Of a stretch of DNA of 64,000 nt, positions 59,259 to 64,000 are shown piece by piece. This DNA comes from Candidatus Eiseniibacteriota bacterium (GTDB lineage Bacteria > Eisenbacteria > RBG-16-71-46). A program made the position numbers and the translations under genes. The notes beneath the pieces are model-generated. The model had not been told where the DNA came from, searched no databases, and saw only the letters and a list, made by a program, of their open reading frames with translations. Numbering within the stretch: position 1 is the first letter of the stretch; each line of letters starts with the position of its first letter. The stretch lies in the NCBI GenBank assembly GCA_963707915.1, contig OY970178.1:192001-256000 (forward strand). Reading direction: 5' to 3'.

Positions 59259-59275
59259 CGCATGGTTCGTGCCAG
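59259..59275 (-). promoter_or_regulatory. Putative sigma54 (-24/-12) promoter
   Basis: CTGGCACGAACCATGCG: GG-N10-GC with TGGCACG, about 100 nt upstream of the oxidoreductase. Confidence 0.55.
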
Positions 59276-59549
59276 CGCGGCCACGGATGGTCGTGGCCTG
59301 GCCACGCCGGGAACCCGCTCCGGGAAGGCCGAATCCGCGCGCCTTGTGCCGGGGTCCCGGCCGCCGGGCGCGACCCCGTCGGGCCGCCCCGCTGCCAACC
59401 TGTCAGGCCGATGGCTCGGGCTGTCAGCCTTCTGCCGGCGTCTGCGACGGTGCGGACCGGGAGCGGCGCCCGGGGTTTGCACCTGGCCGGGTGGCCGCCT
59501 AGAGTGGATTCTCAGGGCCGCAAGCGGGCTCTGCGTCATCGGAGAGGCC

Positions 59550-60143
59550 ATGATCGCGTTCACCGAGGCAGCACGCCGGAAGGTCCTCGAGCTGCTGGCC
59601 GGCGAGGGTCGCCAGGGCTCGGCCCTGCGGTTCTCCATCAGCGGCCGCATGGGCGGCGTCTTCCAGTACCGGCTGGCCTTCGTGAAGCCGGACGAGCGCG
59701 ATCCGGGCGACATCCTCCAGGATGCCGGTGGCTTCCAGGTCGTGATGGACGCGCGCAGCGCGCCCCACCTCGACGGCACCGCCGTGGACTACGTCGAGGC
59801 CCCGTCGCACAGCGGGTTCAAGATCGACAACCCCAACCCGCTGTGGGCCGACCCGCTGGCGTCCGGGGTCCAGCGGCTCATCGACGAGGAGATCAACCCG
59901 GCCCTGGCCTCGCACGGCGGCTTCGTGCACCTGCTGGAGCTGCGCGAGGGCGTGGCCCACGTCGAACTCGGTGGCGGTTGCCAGGGCTGCGGGATGGCGC
60001 ACGTCACGCTCAAGCGGGGCATCGAGGCCCGCATCCGCGAGGCCTTCCCCGAGGTCCTCGAGGTGCTGGACGCGACCGACCACGCTGGCGGAGCGAAGCC
60101 CTACTTCCGCGGCTCGGAGTCCCGCGAGTCGCCCTACGCCTGA
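59550..60143 (+). CDS. nfuA: NfuA-type Fe-S cluster biogenesis protein
   Basis: Degenerate IscA-like N-domain plus NifU-C motif INPALASHGG...GGCQGCG. Confidence 0.88.
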   Translation: MIAFTEAARRKVLELLAGEGRQGSALRFSISGRMGGVFQYRLAFVKPDERDPGDILQDAGGFQVVMDARSAPHLDGTAVDYVEAPSHSGFKIDNPNPLWADPLASGVQRLIDEEINPALASHGGFVHLLELREGVAHVELGGGCQGCGMAHVTLKRGIEARIREAFPEVLEVLDATDHAGGAKPYFRGSESRESPYA

Positions 60144-60195
60144 ATCGCATCGGGACGGGGCGCATCGGAACCGTCCCCATCAACCAGGAGGCGAC

Positions 60196-60621
60196 ATGCA
60201 GCGCAAGGCGACCGCGGTGTGGAACGGCGGGCTGAAGGACGGCAAGGGCACGATGTCGGGCGAGAGCCGGGGCTTCCACGACCTGCCCTACGACTTCCGC
60301 AAGCGCTTCGAGAATGACCCGGGCACGAACCCGGAAGAGTTGATCGCCGCCGCCCACGCGGGCTGTTTCTCCATGGCGCTCTCGGCCGAGCTGGGCAAGG
60401 CCGGCCTCGTCCCGGAGAGCATCCGCACCACGGCCGGCGTCACCCTGGAGATGCTGGCGACCGGCCCGACGGTCACGACCATCCACCTCGACGTGGCGGC
60501 CCGCGTTCCCGGCGCCAGCGCCACGGCCTTCGAGCAGGCCGCCCAGGCCGCGAAGGCGGGCTGCCCGATCTCGCGGCTGCTCCAGGCCGCGACCATCACC
60601 ATGACGGCGAAGCTCGAGTAG
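60196..60621 (+). CDS. osmC: OsmC peroxiredoxin
   Basis: A.W.G.LKDGKG, GTNPEELIAAAHAGCFSMA and CPISR motifs. Confidence 0.92.
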   Translation: MQRKATAVWNGGLKDGKGTMSGESRGFHDLPYDFRKRFENDPGTNPEELIAAAHAGCFSMALSAELGKAGLVPESIRTTAGVTLEMLATGPTVTTIHLDVAARVPGASATAFEQAAQAAKAGCPISRLLQAATITMTAKLE

Positions 60622-60662
60622 CCGGCCCGGCGGGCGCGCCGTGCTTGCGGCGCCGACAGCGA

Positions 60663-60690
60663 GGCCCCGTTCCCTGCCGGGAGCGGGGCC
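60663..60690. terminator. Hairpin between convergent genes
   Basis: GGCCCCGTTCCC-TGCC-GGGAGCGGGGCC. Confidence 0.55.
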
Positions 60691-60713
60691 CTGCCTTGAG
60701 TACGGCCAGGACT

Positions 60714-63700
60714 TCAGAAGCCAGGTTGGAGCGAGAGCTCCCAGTACCAGCCCTGGCCGGGCCGGTCGTTGGGGTGGACCAGGTCGGCCTCGCCGATGGC
60801 GAAGCCGAACAGGTTGGCTCGCAGGGCGATGCCATAGCTCGTCACCGTCGAGCGTCGCGGGCCGAGGAAGGCGGGCTTGAACTCGCTCGTCCAGGCGGCG
60901 CCGGCGTCGAAGAATACCGCGGCCTCGATCGGGGGGACCGCCGGGGTGGGGTAGAGCCCGAGGGCCCCGAGCAACGGGATCCGCAATTCGACGTTGGCCA
61001 CGGCGAGCCGGCTGCCGAAGAGGCGATAGTAGACCGGCTCCACCGCGTCGTTGCTGTTGGTCACGTGGTTGCTGAAGGACGTGTAGTCGTAGCCGCGGAT
61101 CAGCCACGGGTCGCCGACGTACAGCGACGAGAGCCGCGGGTCCTCGGCCCCCGGGCCGTAGCGCCCGTAGTGGAGCGCCCGCCCGGCCAGGATGAGGGAG
61201 CGGCTCAGCCGCACGTAGCGCCGGTAGTCGGCGAGCGCGTCCCCGTAGTCGATGCTGCCACCGAGTCCCGTGACCTCGAAACGGTAGCGCTGGCCCATCA
61301 CCGGGCCGGTGCCCCCGAACACGCCGCTGTCGTGGACCAGCGCGACCCCGCCGCCGGCGAGGGTGAGGGACGGCGGATTGCCGTAGGGGTTGTTCACGGT
61401 CTTGTCGATGCTGCCGTTGTTGTCGTACGCGATGGTGCGGAGCCGGCTCGCGAAGGCGATGTTGCGCAGCCCGCCCGAGAACTCCACGCGCGAGAATCGG
61501 CTGAACGGGTAGGAGACGCTTCCCATCAGGGCGCGCTCGATCTGCCAGATCGTGAACTCGGAGTCCCGCGCGGTCTGGTCGAAATGGACCTGTTCCGGGT
61601 TGTAGTACTGCGTGATGTACGGGATCTGGCTGGCCTGCAGTCCCCAGTTCCAGCGCTGGCGCAGGTCCTGGTAGGCGACCGCCGCCGCGGTGTTGTTCAA
61701 CACGTTGCCGCCCACGTTGGTGACCTGCAGCAGGGTCACCATCTCGTGGTCGCCCAGCATGTCGCTCCAGTAGAGACCGGCGCCACCGCCGACGCCGACC
61801 CCGGAGGATCCGGCCGCCACCCCCAGGCTCGGCTGGGAGATGTAGTCGAGCGAAAGCCGCGGACGGTAGCGCGAGGAGGAGAAGCGCATGGTGTCCACCG
61901 CGGCGACGCCGACGCGGGCGGAGTCGGCCCAGGCGGCCCGGGGCCGTGGCGACGGCGGCAGGACCCCGGGGGCGCTCGCCGCGGAATTGCCGGCGGCCGC
62001 GGCGGCCAGCGAATCGCTCACCAGCGCGGACGCGACCGGCAGCGAGTCGCGCGCGGCGGACGGCACGGTGGCCGGCGCGGCGGCCAGCGAATCGCGCGCG
62101 GCGGAGAGCACGGTGGCCGGCGCGGCGGCCAGCGAATCGCGCGCGGCGGAGAGCACGGTGGCCGGCGCGGCGGCCAGCGAATCGCGCGGGATCCCCGCGA
62201 CGCGGCGCGCCTCGTCGAGGCGGAAGAGTTCGAAGTTGCCGGCGTCGTAGGCGCTGAAGACCACCTTCCCCGACCGGCGCGCGACCGTGAGGGCGGGGCT
62301 GAGGCGGGTGAGGCCCGACACGCCGGTCAGCAGGTTGGTGAGCGGCTCGATGCGGCCGCTCGCCAGGTCGATCCGGTAGAGGTCGGCGATCCCCTCGGGA
62401 TCTCCGACGAAGTACAGGCCGCGCCCGTCCGGGGTCCACTGGGGGTTGATGCTCTTGCCGGCCGGGAAGGTCTCGAGCGCGCGGATCGCGCCGCTCTCCG
62501 GGTCGATGGTCGCCAGGCGGTACTCGCCGTAGCGGGTGCTGTCCGAGACCGGACCGAAGCGGTCGGTGACGAACGCGATGGTCTTCCCGTCGGGTGACCA
62601 CGCGGGCTGCAGGTCCGCCCAGTCGTCGTGGGTGAGGCGCCGCGAAGCGCCGCTCTCGAGGTCGAGCACCCACAGGTCCGTCACGCCGTGCCCGAGCGCG
62701 GAGAAGGCGACGCGGCGGCCGTCGGGCGACCAGGTCGGATGGAAGACCTCGCCGAGGTCCGGGAAGGGCACGCGGCGCACGATGCGGCCACTCGCCATCT
62801 CCATCACCGAGAGCACCGGGCGGCCACGGTTCACGGCCGAGAACGCCAGGCGCGTGCCGTCGGGGCTCCACTCGCCGCCGGAGTTGACGAATCCCAGGTT
62901 CTGCATCTCCAGGTCCACGGTGCTGCGGGTGATCGCCCGCAGTACCTTCCCGCTCTCCGCGTCCGCGAGGTACATCTCGATCGACAACTGGCCGCGCTCC
63001 GAGAAGAAGACGATCTGCCGGCCGTCGGGGGAGAGCGCCGGTCCCAGGTTCATGCGGCCGCCGCCGTGCTTGGTGATCACGAGCGGGGTGGCGGCCTTGC
63101 GGATCGGCTCGGTCCGGCGGGCGAGCCGGCCCTCCCAGCTGCGCAAGGCCCGGTGCCACGACATGATGACCGAGTCGGCCGGCACGCCGAGCGTGCCCTG
63201 CAGCGCCTGGCGGACGTCACCCGAGCGGCCCGCCGCCTTCAGCAAGCGGGCCACGGCGTCCTCGCCGAAGCGGCCGGTCAGGTACGCCCACAGCGACTGC
63301 CCGTAGCGGTAGGGGAAGTAGCGCGAGTCCTCGAGCCGGCCGTACTTGGGGAGCCTGCCGGCCTGTGCCGCATCGCGCATCCACATGGCCGTGTGCGGGT
63401 CGTCGGCGCCGAGCGTCAGGTACTCGGCCATGCCTTCCATGAACCACAGGGGCAGCCGCGCGGCGGTGGTGAGCCCGAGGGTCTGAGAGCGGCCCTGGCC
63501 GACGACGTCGTACTGGAACGCGTGCACCAGCTCGTGGCCGATGACGTGGTCGGTCTCAGCGAGCGGACCGGCGAAGGGGACCACGATGCGGCGCTTGAGG
63601 GCCTCGGTCACGCCTCCCACGCCCTCGCCCAGGTCGCCGTAGATGGCGTTGGTCTGCTGGAAGGCCGGGTGGCTGGCGTAGAGGATCAGCGGCTGGCGGC

Positions 63701-63959
63701 GCGAGAGATCGTGCTGCAGGGCCTTCGAGATCCGCGCGTACCAGCGCTCCGCCATCCGCGCCGCCTCGGGCGCGATGTCCTGGGTCTCGGGGTAGTAGTA
63801 GATGTCGAAGTGCTCGGTCCTGAGCACCTGGAAGTCGAAGGCCTGGTAGCGGACCTTGTTCTGGCCGAAGTAGTCCTGGGCGCCGGCCAGCGGCGCGAGC
63901 ACGGCCGCCAGCGCGAGGCAGGCGATGAGCGGCGCGACCGGACGACGCCACGAAGACAT
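60714..63959 (-). CDS. Outer membrane protein: peptidase MA-like domain + PD40/TolB propeller + Omp85-like beta-barrel
   Basis: Signal peptide, HELVH and WFMEG, WSPDG repeats, IRGYD, terminal F. Confidence 0.82.
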   Translation of the reverse strand: MSSWRRPVAPLIACLALAAVLAPLAGAQDYFGQNKVRYQAFDFQVLRTEHFDIYYYPETQDIAPEAARMAERWYARISKALQHDLSRRQPLILYASHPAFQQTNAIYGDLGEGVGGVTEALKRRIVVPFAGPLAETDHVIGHELVHAFQYDVVGQGRSQTLGLTTAARLPLWFMEGMAEYLTLGADDPHTAMWMRDAAQAGRLPKYGRLEDSRYFPYRYGQSLWAYLTGRFGEDAVARLLKAAGRSGDVRQALQGTLGVPADSVIMSWHRALRSWEGRLARRTEPIRKAATPLVITKHGGGRMNLGPALSPDGRQIVFFSERGQLSIEMYLADAESGKVLRAITRSTVDLEMQNLGFVNSGGEWSPDGTRLAFSAVNRGRPVLSVMEMASGRIVRRVPFPDLGEVFHPTWSPDGRRVAFSALGHGVTDLWVLDLESGASRRLTHDDWADLQPAWSPDGKTIAFVTDRFGPVSDSTRYGEYRLATIDPESGAIRALETFPAGKSINPQWTPDGRGLYFVGDPEGIADLYRIDLASGRIEPLTNLLTGVSGLTRLSPALTVARRSGKVVFSAYDAGNFELFRLDEARRVAGIPRDSLAAAPATVLSAARDSLAAAPATVLSAARDSLAAAPATVPSAARDSLPVASALVSDSLAAAAAGNSAASAPGVLPPSPRPRAAWADSARVGVAAVDTMRFSSSRYRPRLSLDYISQPSLGVAAGSSGVGVGGGAGLYWSDMLGDHEMVTLLQVTNVGGNVLNNTAAAVAYQDLRQRWNWGLQASQIPYITQYYNPEQVHFDQTARDSEFTIWQIERALMGSVSYPFSRFSRVEFSGGLRNIAFASRLRTIAYDNNGSIDKTVNNPYGNPPSLTLAGGGVALVHDSGVFGGTGPVMGQRYRFEVTGLGGSIDYGDALADYRRYVRLSRSLILAGRALHYGRYGPGAEDPRLSSLYVGDPWLIRGYDYTSFSNHVTNSNDAVEPVYYRLFGSRLAVANVELRIPLLGALGLYPTPAVPPIEAAVFFDAGAAWTSEFKPAFLGPRRSTVTSYGIALRANLFGFAIGEADLVHPNDRPGQGWYWELSLQPGF
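62041..62188. repeat. In-frame 45-bp tandem repeat, about 3.3 copies
   Basis: Encodes RDSLAAAPATVLSAA; CAGCGAATCGCGCG recurs at 45-nt spacing. Confidence 0.85.
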
Positions 63960-64000
63960 GAAGCGGGCCTCTCGCAGTTGGAGACGGGCGGATCGAACCC

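Noticed and set aside
62041..62188. CRISPR-like array
   Set aside because: No unique spacers, in-frame coding repeat, and no cas genes in the window.

Overview
Very GC-rich bacterial chromosome segment. C-terminal motifs on the secreted proteins (TWGxIKxLYR, T9SS/FlgD-like tail) suggest Candidatus Eisenbacteria or a related FCB-type lineage (inference). Most of it is housekeeping and metabolic genes: yajQ, glycosyltransferases, a hybrid kinase, fumC, tal/pgi, pckG, glk, malQ, mtnA, ptb, nfuA, osmC, peptidases and two SpoIIE phosphatases. Highlights: (1) an intact archaeal-type gatE-gatD pair in an apparent operon with a glutamine synthetase; (2) an intact three-gene GltD-like/PorA/PorB operon, preceded by a sigma54-like motif, whose Fe-S and FAD motifs are kept while the ThDP, pyruvate and NADPH motifs are substituted; (3) a degenerate Pta-like domain fused to butyrate kinase next to an intact ptb; (4) a ~2.75 kb integrase-less island at tRNA-Leu(UAA) bounded by a 49-bp att duplication; (5) complete IS256 and IS481 elements with target-site duplications, the IS481 splitting a secreted FG-GAP gene; (6) an unannotated 18-aa hydrophobic sORF with a strong RBS. 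Three single-base frameshifts may be sequencing errors. No CRISPR array or rRNA was seen. Family assignments come from motif recognition, not database searches.
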